DNA of 64,000 nucleotides from Thalia democratica (Eukaryota), in contig OZ241832.1 in assembly GCA_965202585.1 (NCBI GenBank), positions 52,886,001 to 52,950,000 on the forward strand, read 5' to 3'. Below the pieces are notes generated by a model that was not told the origin of the DNA, ran no database searches, and saw only the letters and a program-made list of their open reading frames with translations. This document shows positions 14,201 to 26,185 of this stretch, one piece after another (position 1 is the first letter of the stretch; each line of letters starts with the position of its first letter). A program made the position numbers and the translations under genes.

Positions 14201-17200
14201 GCTTAGCATAAAAGTTTACTTTCAAACTATTTCCAAAACATACAGCAAAGGGAGCAAGCAACATCGCCTTCAGAGGTATATCGTTCAAACACACTGGCAA
14301 TGGAGGATTTCACGGATACAATCAAGCGAGAGCTGCCTTGATGTTTGACAATTGCTCGTATGTAACTATCACAAACTGCTCGTTTCATCACATAGGTTAC
14401 AATGGCATTTACACTCAAGGCACAAGAAACGTTAAGGTTTGCTTCTTAATCTTGTTTGTTTTTGTTTTTCTACTAAAAAAGATAAAACAGCTCAATTTTA
14501 CAACTAACTTCATATTTCTTAATTGTTTTTAGGGAAAATTCAATTTAAACGGCACAAAAAAAACGTGTATACTAATTAAAAAAATAAAACAATCAACTAT
14601 ATGATTGCATTTTTTTAATTTAAACTACTACAAAAGAGTCGATCGAAGCAACAAGATATTTTTCAGATTTTGAAAAACGACTTCAAAGACATTGGATACA
14701 TTGGAATAGCGGTAGACTACAACGACCAGCCCGGCAGTAAACTTGCGACTGAAAACGTTTTAGTGAAGAACAACACGTTGAAAGGATGTGGCGTCATCAA
14801 CATGTTTCAAGTAAGTCATTTCAACAACGTCTCTGTAGAAAAGTTCACAAAAGTTTTTTGAGCATCAGTTTTTGTTTTACAATGTTATGATGGCAGATTG
14901 CTCACTGCTTCTTCTTATTTTTTATGAAATTCTTCAACAGCCCAGCTGTATCCACGTAAGAGGAGCGGAAAACATCAGAGTGTCCTGGAACAGTGTTCAA
15001 ATAACACCTTATGCTGGAATTAGGGTTTGTGTAATTTAGCTTTAAACAGTAACTAGTATCTTTCAGTTTAATATGATTGACTTAGATATAAAGTTGATTT
15101 TTTTTTCAAGTAACTTTATTGTTTAGATGTAAAAGTAGAAGCAAACAGTATAAGTAAAATTATTTTTATATAATACATTTTGTTTGAAACAACCAAAAAT
15201 AACTTTTAAAAACATTTTCAAACAAAAAACACTACTACAAAAGTATGTGTGTTCGTTAATTCAAATTTTCTATACACAGTGTAACAAATACTACAAACAA
15301 ACTGTGTACATTTTGACAACCTCCGTAGAAAATAACTGCATTCACACCATTTGCAGGTGGGATGGCAGAAAGCGTTTGGTACAAGTTACGTCACAAGAGG
15401 AGAATACGTATTCCACGTGGATCACAACCACGTTCGTGATTACGGAATGGGAATTTTGAATGATTTCGGTGGTATTTATCTGTCAACTAACATTGCGGAT
15501 TGCAAGGATAAACAGGTAACAATATTGAGAAATTTCACAAGTGTATAGCTTAAAAGGTTAAGTGCTTATTATGTTAAAATGTTTAAAAGTATCTTAAACA
15601 AAAGTTTTTCTACAGTGTTACTGAGAACAACTCAAATTTTTTAAAACTTGGTTGTCTCAGTAATTTTAAAATATTGACAGTAGGTTATATATAACTATTC
15701 TAATTACATTACGCAAAGTTAATTAATTTTCTATAAGAGTTTTGTAAAACATGACAATTTGTTTCAAAACACTTTACTTTAAACTGTGCTTAAGCCTATA
15801 AAACACAAGCTTATGTAGAACTAAAAATAAACGGGAAATAATAAACATGTGTAGCATGTGTACGTATATAAACCATGTTTAGTTTAACTAACTTTTTCTT
15901 TTCAAAACCTACCACTTGGTACCGGAAAAAAAAGAACTATCACAACAACTGGAACTGTACAATGTTAAATAACTTTTCTTAAACACACCTCAGGACATGT
16001 CAATATGCAATTTGCACGCCTTGGTAAAAAACAACGTGGTGCACGGAGGAATACCTTATCTATACGGAGGATCTGGAGTCTACGGAGACACTTCCTCTTC
16101 TGCGTTGACAGGTATAACATGTTTAATTTTATATACTTTTTAAAACACTTTTTATATTTCATTTAGTGTTAACTATCATATGAAGCTTTGCTTGTTTTTT
16201 ATTTATGTTTCTGGCGGTACTCTTAAAAAGTTAATATTGAAATTTTGTTCAATGTATGGTTTTCTTTTTTAACATGTTTATGTGCATTAAACGGGTACAC
16301 GACTATTCAAATTCGAAAAATTTAAATTCCGACAATTCAACATCTTTAAAAAAAGTTGAAAGAGCCACAACTAAAAAAGTATTGTATATTTGTCAAATAT
16401 AAAAAAATACATACCACAGATGTTCTTGTGTTAAAACTTTATTTCAACTCACGGCGTTTCACTGCTCTCAAATAGATTTAAGAACAGATCTACGGAGTCT
16501 ATAAAATATTAACACAGATTAGAAAAAAGCAGAAAAAGTATGTATAGTTATGTATAGTGTTTATGTAGGTAATAACTATAAATGAACTTTATGGTTTAAA
16601 AACATAAAATTATAAAATTGTCTACAAAAAATACGCCGTTAGTTGAAATAAAGTTTTAACACAAGAACATCTGTGGTATATATTCCGATAAGCTTAGCTT
16701 ATCAGGATCTCCAGGATTTAACTCCTTTTAACGTTACATCTTAAAAAAATACTTATGTAGGTAATATTAATATTTACAAGCCATTTTTTTCATTTTGCAA
16801 AACATTAAATATCTTTTAAGATATGGCTCAAAAAAAGTAAAAAACATAGTTATTTTTAGTACTTTTATAATATCTTGAACAATACTTAAGATTTTGCAAA
16901 AAAGAAAAAAGTGGCTTGTATATATTAATAAGATATACATATGTATGTTTTATTTTTTTCAAATTTATATTACTTTTTTAGATATAGCTTTTTAAGTATT
17001 TTTTTTGAGGAATCGAATTGTCGAAATTTGAGTTGTCCGAATTCGAGTTGTCGTGTAACCGCAATAAACATTTAAAAAATAATATATTTATTTACTTTAA
17101 AGCAATTAAATTCACTTTTTGTGTTTAAACATAAGTTCTTAAACTGACAAAGTTGTTCGTATTACATTAGAAAAATCAAACTAAACTATAAACTAACCAA

Positions 17201-19448
17201 GACAGTTTAATTTTAAAGCTATAACATCCATGACAAACACTTTTTGATTTTTACTTTAAAAAAACGTTGAAGTGTTAGATATTTAAACAGAACATGTTTT
17301 TTACAGTAAAAGAAAACTGGTTGTACGATTTAAGCGACGCAGCCGTGGTATTTCACTGCGGACAGAGAAACTTGGCGAAAAGCAACGTTTTTGCAAACAT
17401 CGATTCCAAGAGAGCAATCGGAACTTGCAATGCTGCGGTCAGTGATAAGAATGGAACTATGCCTGAACAAGTTTGTTGTTTTTGTAGTCTGTTTATCAGT
17501 AAATGATTATAAATTTGAAATAGGTTTATTTAACTAAATCCATTTTCGCTGAGCTTGCGTGGAAGGGATTTTAAAGTCTTTATTTTAAATGAAAACTTGA
17601 GTTTAAATTTTTTTTAATTCGCTATTAAGAATAAAGTATAAATGTATACACACAAATATAAACAATTTTATAACACAAAGTTTTTGAAATAGGACTGTTT
17701 CTATTTGATAAAGTCTATAAAATATACAAGTTCATCAGTAACTTTACTAAATTAAAATAAGGCTTATATCAAAACATACCCAATTCAAACTATTAGCTTG
17801 AAAACATTTAAAAGTTATTCAGCTTTTAATCTTCTCTTTATGGTAATTACTTAAAAAAACATATGTAAAAATAACATATATATATTTGATTATATAAAAA
17901 ACAATAGTTTAGACGACCATTTCTTATATGAGATATAAAACCCCTATACTCCTCAGTAAGCTAAAGTTTATTACAATGTTAAACAGAAACTGAGAATTTT
18001 ATAATAATTATTACGTAGAATAGTAGATAGAGTTTTTTTACAGTAAGCTGAGTTTAAAAAAATACGCTGAACTTGTTAATTTGTGCATTTTGAAAAGTTA
18101 AAAAAAGGTTATATTAGAAAAATCAAACTCAGCTTACTCTACAATAAACTCTATTTACTATTACTACATCATAATTATTATAAAATTTTCAAATTTTTAA
18201 TTTTTTTTAAACATTGTAATAAACTTTAGCTTACTGAGGAGTATATAGGGTTTTATATCTCATATACGAAACGGTCGTCTAAACTCTAAACTATTGTTTT
18301 TTATATAATCAAATAAATATTTAGCTTCAATTAAATTTGTCGAGCACTATCAACCAGAACTTTTCACAAAATCTTTAACACATATATATATATATAGAAT
18401 TAAGTTATTTAACTTGATAAATTAAATCTTTCACACTGAGCCCACCTTAAGGGCTTTATTAATAACTAGGTTTATTTCAAGATGTAAAACTCAAAGGACT
18501 CGAGTTTCGTGCCTATGCACTCATCAGCTTCAAAACCAGTTAAAAAAGTACAAAACTTGTTTTGAAGCTGATGAGTGCATAGGCACAAAACTTGAGTCCT
18601 TTGAAGTATACATATAGAACTAAGTTATTTAACTTAATAAATTATTTTTTTTTCACACTGAGCCCACCTTAAGGGCTTTATTAATAAAAAGGTTTTATTT
18701 TTTGCATAATCTATTTATGCAAAAAATTTTTAACTTTCATTTGTGATTTTGTTTTGTGCTTTATTTTAAACTTGTTTTGAAGCTGATGAGTGCATAGGCA
18801 CGAAATTCGAGTCCTTTGAGTTTTACATCTTTAAATAAACCTTTTTAATAATAAAGCCCTCAAGGTAGGCTCAGTGTGAAAAATTTAATTTATTAAGTTA
18901 AATAACTTAATTCTATATATATACATATATATATATATACACATATATTAAGTGAATGGTAACAGTATCTCAAACATGTTAGTAAAGCTGTTGATGTAGC
19001 TATTTTGGAGCTGATACTTTTTTAATGTTTAGAATCACTACTACAAGTTTTATAAGTATGTACTTTTACTGTTATATTTTTAAACTTCAAACTACACTTA
19101 ACATATTTGCTATAGCAATTCACAATCGACGGGAACATTTTCTACGTTGTAAACGAGAACTTAAGAATGTGGAGAAAATTCGACTCGTGGATCTATCAGC
19201 AACCCATGTTCAGAAACAACTTGTACTATTTCGACACCGACTCATCAGAACAACGACGGACGTTCTTCCCGAGAGGAAAGAGCTATGACGAGTGGAGGAA
19301 TGAGGAAGAGCAAGATGGAGGATCGATGTGTGATGAGGATCCGATGTTCGTTGATGTCGCATCGGACAACTTCTGTTTGAGACCCGAGTCACCGATGTCA
19401 GATCTTCCCGTATATCGTCTCGACCTGACTGATGTGCAAAGAATTTAA
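11290..19448 (+). CDS. Secreted right-handed parallel beta-helix protein, GH141-like (pectin-lyase fold) glycoside hydrolase, 710 aa, 13 exons
   Basis: Exons 11290-11325, 11730-11939, 12006-12190, 12604-12727, 12938-13190, 13251-13382, 14246-14436, 14667-14810, 14941-15024, 15357-15515, 15994-16111, 17307-17470, 19116-19448 join in frame (2133 nt). Signal peptide MKIVICLLFYCSLVISSLS. Motifs typical of bacterial GH141-type proteins: YVSVHEGSNKGTGNIDNPFKTIQKA, IILRGGMY, RRLVRARKPN, VIVFHAWT, YIVENIKSELDAPGEFY, TPYAGIRVGW, NDFGGIY, GVYGDTSSS and C-terminal DPMFVDVASDNFCLRPESP. The family was assigned from remembered motifs, not from a search. Confidence 0.88.
16292..17061. mobile_element. Non-autonomous TIR element (770 bp) in intron 11 of the GH141-like gene, with internal inverted repeats
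   Basis: Ends CGGGTACACGAC and GTCGTGTAACCG (11/12 inverted match), with subterminal CCGACAATTC/GAATTGTCG motifs. Imperfect flanking duplication CATTAAA/CAATAAA. Internal inverted repeat of about 47 bp at 16411-16457 and 16633-16680. Confidence 0.7.
17883..18315. repeat. Foldback (long inverted repeat) element in intron 12
   Basis: The arm at ~17883-18060 (TATTTGATTATATAAAAAACAATAGTTTAGACGACC...CTCCTCAGTAAGCTAAAGTTTATTACAATG) matches the reverse complement of ~18125-18315. Confidence 0.8.
18397..18913. repeat. Rearranged foldback element flanked by (TA)n in intron 12
   Basis: Starts GAATTAAGTTATTTAACTT and ends AAGTTAAATAACTTAATTC. Arms of about 140 bp (18397-18536 and ~18770-18913), with extra partial arm copies at 18555-18604 and 18617-18698. 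(TA)n lies on both sides. Confidence 0.8.
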
Positions 19449-20804
19449 TAGTTGTGTGTTGTTTGTAGTGCAAATGTTTTTATTTATTGTTGTTTGAAAA
19501 TTTTTTAGTTTGCTGAAAACTTGTGCTGCTAACTTCAACTACAAAATTGTAACAAAGTCGTTAGTATTCCAATTATACTTAATGTTTTCACTTTATCTTT
19601 AAAACCAAGAAAAAAAGATTAATATTTTAACATTTTAAAGTTTATAGATAAATATTATCTATCATATGCAGTCAGAATATTTTTACAAGCTGTAGTAAAC
19701 TTCTTCATTATAATATGTTTTTTAGAAATAGAGTCAACATGCCATTTTGTTATTTTAAAAACTAATTTAAATAATATTAAAAATTATTTTTCAAAATTTA
19801 ATTTATTTGTCATTAACACCCCTTTTTTATTTATATTACATTAAAATTATTTATAAACTGCGTGTTCTTTTAATATTTACGTCGATACTAGTTCTACTAA
19901 TAAACTAGGGTAGGTAAGTTTTCTAGTCGGCGGGCCAGATTTACTAAAAAGCTCTTTTTTAGGTCCAAACCACTTTTTGATCTGCCTAATTTTGAAAAAG
20001 TATAAAAACTAAAATCAATATTAGAGAAAACAGGATTAACAAGCACTACTGTGCTTTGAAACCCAGAGAATGTTTTAAAACATTTGTTTAAAAAAATTGA
20101 TTTGTATTTTAAGGTAAACGCTAACAAGCTGTTCGCAAGTTGTTTCGTGGGTTCTTGCTTACGGACAGTACTGAACTTGTACTCGTTTATTCTGATTGTT
20201 TGTCTTGACTGTCGTTCAATAAACATTTAACTCAATTAGACATCTTCTTAAAGTGGAACTTTCATTAAGTTGTTTTTTTTTAAGTTGAGACTTTAACAAT
20301 TTTTAAGACTGTATGATGCAATATATCTAGAGCTGTAATAAGGCAACTAAGTAGGTTGATCGTAAAAAATAATTAATATTAAGATATCAAAAGTTTAACT
20401 ACTTCTAAAATTTTTTTTTATTTTTTGTGTATGAATAGTAAGGGCGTTAAAGTTAAACTACGACATTTAAATGAGAGTTTGTTTTATTGGCTTTCGATTA
20501 TTCTTAATTTCAAAAAGCTTTATTCTAGTCTGACGATCTGTTTTTATTTTAAAACATCTTTTCACTTGATTGAGTTGACACAAAATTTAACGTTTTTTGC
20601 TGTATGATATTTAAAACTTGTTACATTTGTTTTACAAATGTAGAACTATAAATAAAAAAATCTTTTTAAGTTACAATTTATAGCAACTATAAACAGTTTT
20701 TTTCTTAGAACCTTAATAAGAAAACTAATTGAAGTTGTAATTAGTTTTTGTAAGAAACAAAAAGTAAACTAGTGATAAATCAGTGATTACTAAGTAATAA
20801 AAAC

Positions 20805-23800
20805 TAGTGATCTACCGAATCCACTGTTTAAGATCTGGCCGGTTCCGGGTATAATTTTTCAAATTAAGATCCTGCCAGATCCGGTTTAGAATCTATTTTT
20901 TAATTTAAGATCCGGCCGGTTCCGGATCCTAAATATTTCAAGTTTTATGTAGTTTGAATGGACAACAAACTTATAAAATTTAATTATTAGAAAACTATTA
21001 ATTAGTAAAATTTGTTTAGTACAAATATTTCGTTGAAAAAAAAAAACAATGTTATTGTCTGGAATCTGGATGTTTTATTTGAACACTAGGAAAAAGAAAG
21101 TTGTAAAAATAAAAGTCTACGTGTACGAAATCTTAGTTTAAATGTTAAATTTCAAGCTACATATACAACTAATTTTGAAATTTTTACTTGTATGACGTAA
21201 AATAAAACTAAATTAAATGTTACAATGCTTTAAAATAATAACGAACTTTCTTTTTTATGATAGGCTATACATTAGACTTTTACTTACAATAACTTCTTTA
21301 GCAACTTTTTACATATACAAAAGTAAGTAATTTGGTAGGTAATTTAGCAATAACATTTACTCATATCAACGCCATTAAGCTACAAAGAAACATATTCTTG
21401 TTTTTTCAAGTTGTGATAAAGAAATAAAAAATTTTGCCGGTTTTTGGAAACGATCGATTCCGCTTTTGTTCGTAAAAATTACCAGCTTCTGAAAATAACC
21501 TTTCAGAATAAACAGAAGATGGTGGTGCTAAAAGATACTTTCTTGCAGACCTAGCAAGATTTGTGTGTTTTTTTTTTCTTTGAGTTCCACTAAGACAAGA
21601 CTTCAGCTTCTTTAACTTCTTCAGCAGATAAATTTTCTTCAGCAAAAAAATCCTTAATTTATGTCTCAATTTCCTGATGAAGTGAATCTTGTTGCTCACT
21701 TTCGTGAGTGTTTGCACTTCTTTGTGATTTAAAAGTAGAATGGAACTACAAAAATCTTTGGGACTATCATTTGTATGTATTTGAGCTTTAGATTTATTAG
21801 GCAGTACTAGAGGAACTTGACCACTTTGACCAGTCTCACGACAACTATTATTTTTTACTTGTGATTTCAGTAGCCTTACAACCTTCTGTTTGAGATTAGA
21901 AGGGAAAAAGTCAAGTCGATACCGTGGATCAACAGCTGTTATGAGTAAAAACAAGTCGTTATCATGAACATTAATTCGTGTGCTGTTATTAGTAGTATAA
22001 AACCTTCTTTCGAAAGCGTCTTCTATTTTTCTGCCAAGGTTGTAGAACTACTTTGATCTAGACCTGGTGGACTATTATCTTTATGACTAAATACTTTTTT
22101 GGTACCGCTGCATGCGGGATTACACTTGACAGTAATGCGTTCTCCCTTCATCAGCTGTAAGAATATTTTCGGCTTTAAATTTGTTGTTAGCAACGTAGTT
22201 CTGGATACTTGTTTTTATTTTTTATAATCTTTTGAGCATTAGGTAGGTTGAGTTCCACCTCGTTTCAACATCTTGCACAAGTAATAAGGCTTTTTGCATC
22301 GACACTGATGAACCCAAAGTGACCTGGATGATTTTAGTTTCTCGCACGCTGTAGTGAATGGTCAAGTTGCCAATAGTTTGGCGGGCCTAGGCTATTAAGA
22401 AACTTATGTTACTTTCTTAAAACAGTGAATCTTTAATTGTCAGTTGAAGCATGTGAATGAAACAGGGTGCTGAAGAGGATTATAACATCAACATACCAGC
22501 CTTCACGTTAAATGCATTGTCGCGCAGAAAAACGTGAATGCGATTCATTTTATTACCCTATTTTCAAGCATCTCCTTATGTTTTCACAAATATTTAAGCC
22601 AGTGTGAGAATCTTCTATTTCCTTACAGTGCAAAGCTTGGTGTCTGTACTCAAAGCTTTCATTAAACCAATGCGCTGTTAAACAAAGATATGATGTTTTT
22701 GTTTTCGAATTTGCCCATATGTCACTTGTAAATGACAAAAACGAAGCTTCTAATAACTCAGTTTGTGCTGTTATCTTCAAACTTTAATAAGTCTGAGGAC
22801 GCATTATATCAGTGAAGTATGTAGTGCTCGAAATCAAGTAACCTGGCTCTTTAGCAGCCAACAGGTCTATGGAGCCTTGATCGCTAGTAATTGAAGTGTT
22901 CGGTTGTCCATAGCAATCGTGTTCTTATTGGATGATGATGATGATTTTCTAACCTCTAAATTTTCACTTTGATGTTTTGAATTCAAATGCTTTAGTAAAG
23001 AAGAAGTGCTGTAGGAATTAGCCTTACATACTTTAATGAGTTTGCTGCAAAGACTGCAAACTGCACAACAAGGGTCTTCCTCACTTACGTTGAAAAATTT
23101 CCATGCAATTGACATTTTAATTTAAGGAGATACAATTTATGTAACTGTTAAACACTAATTATATTAAAAATAATATGATTAGTCTTCTATTTCTACACGG
23201 TTGCCACTCTTTTTGCCAATGGAACTATATTATGTCATCTTGAGTTTTATCAAATGCTTTAAAATGTTTTTCAAAATTATTAAACTTTAAGTTTTTATCA
23301 AAAAATATGGTTATAAAAAATTGAATTTAGCTAAATTTTATTTAAATTAAAACCTAGAACATACATTTTCTGAAACTTTAAATGTTCTTGAATTTACAAA
23401 ACTATCTTGAATTATCCTGACCGTAAACCCTGTTTCTAATTACTCATTTAAAAGAAGAAGCAAACCATATCTCCCTAAATTTATCTAATGGAACTTAAAA
23501 ACTATTATGAACCCTAAAACTTTTTCAAATTTTCATCAAAAGTAGATTAAATAATGGTCATAGTGAAGATGAGAACTTAATAAATTTTTGATAAACTACT
23601 GCATGTACCTGCATTTCTAAAACAAATGATTGATTAACTAAAGTTTAGTTAGTCTGCTTCGCTTGACTAATTTATATCTACTAAACTTTAAACCACAATA
23701 ATCTAAGAATATAAAATTGAAAGAAGCAGCTGATCGCGAAAACAAAGTGTTTTTAAACTAACTGGATCCGGACCCAGCCAAATTTCAGCTAGGATCCGGA

Positions 23801-23882
23801 TCTTTTTTTAATAAGGATCCGACCGGATCCGGTTATAAGCAAAAGATGGCCGGTTCCGGATCTTGGATCCGGTAGTTGACTA
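20805..23882 (-). mobile_element. Full-length hAT DNA transposon (3078 bp), ZBED-type, transposase decayed
   Basis: TIRs TAGTGATCTACCGAATCC and (reverse complement) TAGTCAACTACCGGATCC match 15/18. Perfect 8-bp TSD ATAAAAAC at 20797-20804 and 23883-23890. GGATCCGG-rich subterminal repeats at both ends. Confidence 0.92.
21406..23115 (-). pseudogene. hAT transposase pseudogene (BED zinc finger, DDE core, dimerisation domain)
   Basis: Fragments in different frames: AWKFF...CSLCSKLI...TSSLLKHLNSKH (BED), FTSDIWANS...SYLCLTAHW, FLRDNAFNVK, CFIHMLQL (CxxH), QDVETRWNSTYLML (22234-22275), ARKYLLAPPSSVYSERLFSEAG. Interrupted by stops and frameshifts. Confidence 0.9.
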
Positions 23883-23890
23883 ATAAAAAC

Positions 23891-24585
23891 ACTATACCAT
23901 AGAGCCTACAAGACTTGTTCTAAATAACTCCTTCATTCTGAGGTGAATAGAATAAAAAACATTGTAATAAAAAATGGATACACATGAGATTTGATTAAAA
24001 GGGTTAGAAATCACATGACAATAACCTAAAAAGACCTATGATATACGGACCGGAGAAGTTCCCAACAGTTGAAAACTACTATATAGTTTAAAATCACGTG
24101 TATTTGAGAAAAAAGTAAAAGATTTAACAAAAACAACTTACAATCAAGTTAGTCCAAGAGTTATATTTCGCTCAAAACCTTCATTAAAATTGCAGTTAAA
24201 GGATCCGATACTAGACCTAAACAAAAGTTATGTAGTATACAAATTTAATTGCTTCTGCGAAAGAAGCTATATCGGTAAAACTTCCGAGGCATTTCAAAAC
24301 CAAGATAAAGGGACATTTACCTGCTTGCGTGTTGAAATTTATTGAAAAAGAACCTGAAATTAATACAACGGCAACTAAAAACGCAGCTAAAGATCTTCAG
24401 TTGCAGAACATTTAATAAACAATAGAGACTGTGCTAGGAAATATGAGATATCTTAATTAAAAACAATTCATCATTGTACTAGTGTATTTGATCTCGTTAA
24501 GTTAGAAGCTATCTCTATATTTTTAAAGAAACCAGAATAGCACAAATAAAAATAATTTGATTACAAAGTGTCTTTATTTAGTTGA
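23891..24585 (+). mobile_element. Degenerate Penelope-like retroelement fragment (RT C-terminus and GIY-YIG endonuclease)
   Basis: Decayed translations TLYHRAYKTCS, HSEVNRIKNIVIKNGY, SYVVYKFNCFCERSYIGKTS, VAEHLINNRDCA and DLVKLEAISIFLKKP fit the Penelope GIY-YIG pattern. Stops and frameshifts are present. Confidence 0.8.
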
Positions 24586-24642
24586 GTTACCCATTTTGTT
24601 TCCGTTAACAGCATTTTAGTTTAATTAATTATTACTTTACAC

Positions 24643-24907
24643 CAGGGTTTCCCAATGTGGACCCAGTGACCCCTTAGGGGGCCATGACAGATACTCAGCG
24701 AGCTATGAGCAGCAAAGGGGTCAAAGGAGGGGCCATGAGTTCATAATTCAAAACTTAAACTAGATATTCTGGAGTTGTTGATGGAGAGCAAAAAAAAAGG
24801 TCTTAGGTGTTTTAAATGGTAGTTATTTGAGGAGTCTTGTTGAAGGGTGCCATAGCTTTTTTAATTTCTTTAAAGTGGGCCATTTGAAAAAAGTTTGGGA
24901 AACCCTG
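24643..24907. mobile_element. hAT-type MITE (265 bp)
   Basis: Perfect 13-bp TIR CAGGGTTTCCCAA / TTGGGAAACCCTG and perfect 8-bp TSD CTTTACAC on both sides. Confidence 0.9.
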
Positions 24908-25261
24908 CTTTACACTGATTATTTATTGCGATAAATACTTTATTAGCTTAAACGTTTTTTTTGTCTTTAGAAAAAAAACTATTCATTATTTTATGTTCTG
25001 TTCTACTATAAGTTTCTGACAAAAAGTGGAGAAATACGTATTAAACTGTCACAAAATAAACTTGAGCGAGTGTTTTATACTTGTTATGTATTTAATTAAA
25101 AGCTACTAATGTTTGAAGTTTTAAAAAATAAAGTTACAAAACTAATTAAAAAAATTCCTGTACCCGAAAGAAACCAAACTAGCCTGAGTTTTTATGTTTA
25201 TTTGGTAACAATCTGAGCTAAGTCATCCGTGAATCACTGAATTTTTTGCAACCCTGAGTTT

Positions 25262-25264
<3 letters not shown>

Positions 25265-25297
<33 letters not shown>
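25265..25297. repeat. (TA)n microsatellite
   Basis: Uninterrupted TA dinucleotide run of about 33 bp. Confidence 0.9.
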
Positions 25298-25300
<3 letters not shown>

Positions 25301-26185
25301 ACCTTTCAATATACACTTATTATTCAAGCCTATTAAAATTTCAAGTCAGTATACTGATACAAAGTTAACTATTTAAAATAAAACTTCAATATCTCAAAAC
25401 AGCAACTATAGGCTGATGGTGTGCAGCTTAAATACATATAAAAATTATATTAAAAAAGATTTAATCTCTTTTAAATTTGGAATGCTATCAATTTGTTAAA
25501 CTTAACTGTTGAATGATTACCTTTGTCAAAAGCAAACTATTTTACGTCAACTATATATAAATGTCACAGCCTTATAACTTATAAATAGTACTACACAAAG
25601 TAAATACATTTCAGAGTAAGAACTCAGAAATGAAAAATGCGCACTTTTCAATTGCTTTTTTCTGAATTTTTCAATTTTCACACGGGTTTATATTAGGGAA
25701 AGTTTAGTGACGTGATGTATTACATTGTGAAAAAATTAAAAATGTTTATTAACAGTGTGGTATGACGTACAAAATTTGAAGATGAATAAGCATTAATAAT
25801 TCCAATTTTTAAAAAGAAAGTACAAAAATATCAATAAAAGTATTTTGAAAAAAAAAGAATAAAAAGCTGAACTAAGTAAAAAACAAATTATGACTAATAA
25901 CCATTATTTAAAAGCATACAAGTTTAAAAAAAGCATAAGTTTGCATAATGATAAATTAGATACTAAAAAGTCTTTCTGAAAGCTAAGACAACAATAAACC
26001 TTAATAAAACAAATCTTTCCTAACTGAAGTCAAAAAAGTATAAAAGTTATTACATCTCACAGTAAAAAATAATTGCTACACTTTTAAACAAAAATTTATA
26101 TAATTAAAACTCAACACTTAACAAAGTATTTTAAATTATTAGAAATAAAATAAAAACATTCAATACTTTTAGAAACAAACGAAAA

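Noticed and set aside
11290-19448. GH141-like sequence as bacterial contamination
   Set aside because: It has twelve phase-consistent GT-AG introns, host-type MITEs inside the introns and continuity with animal genes.
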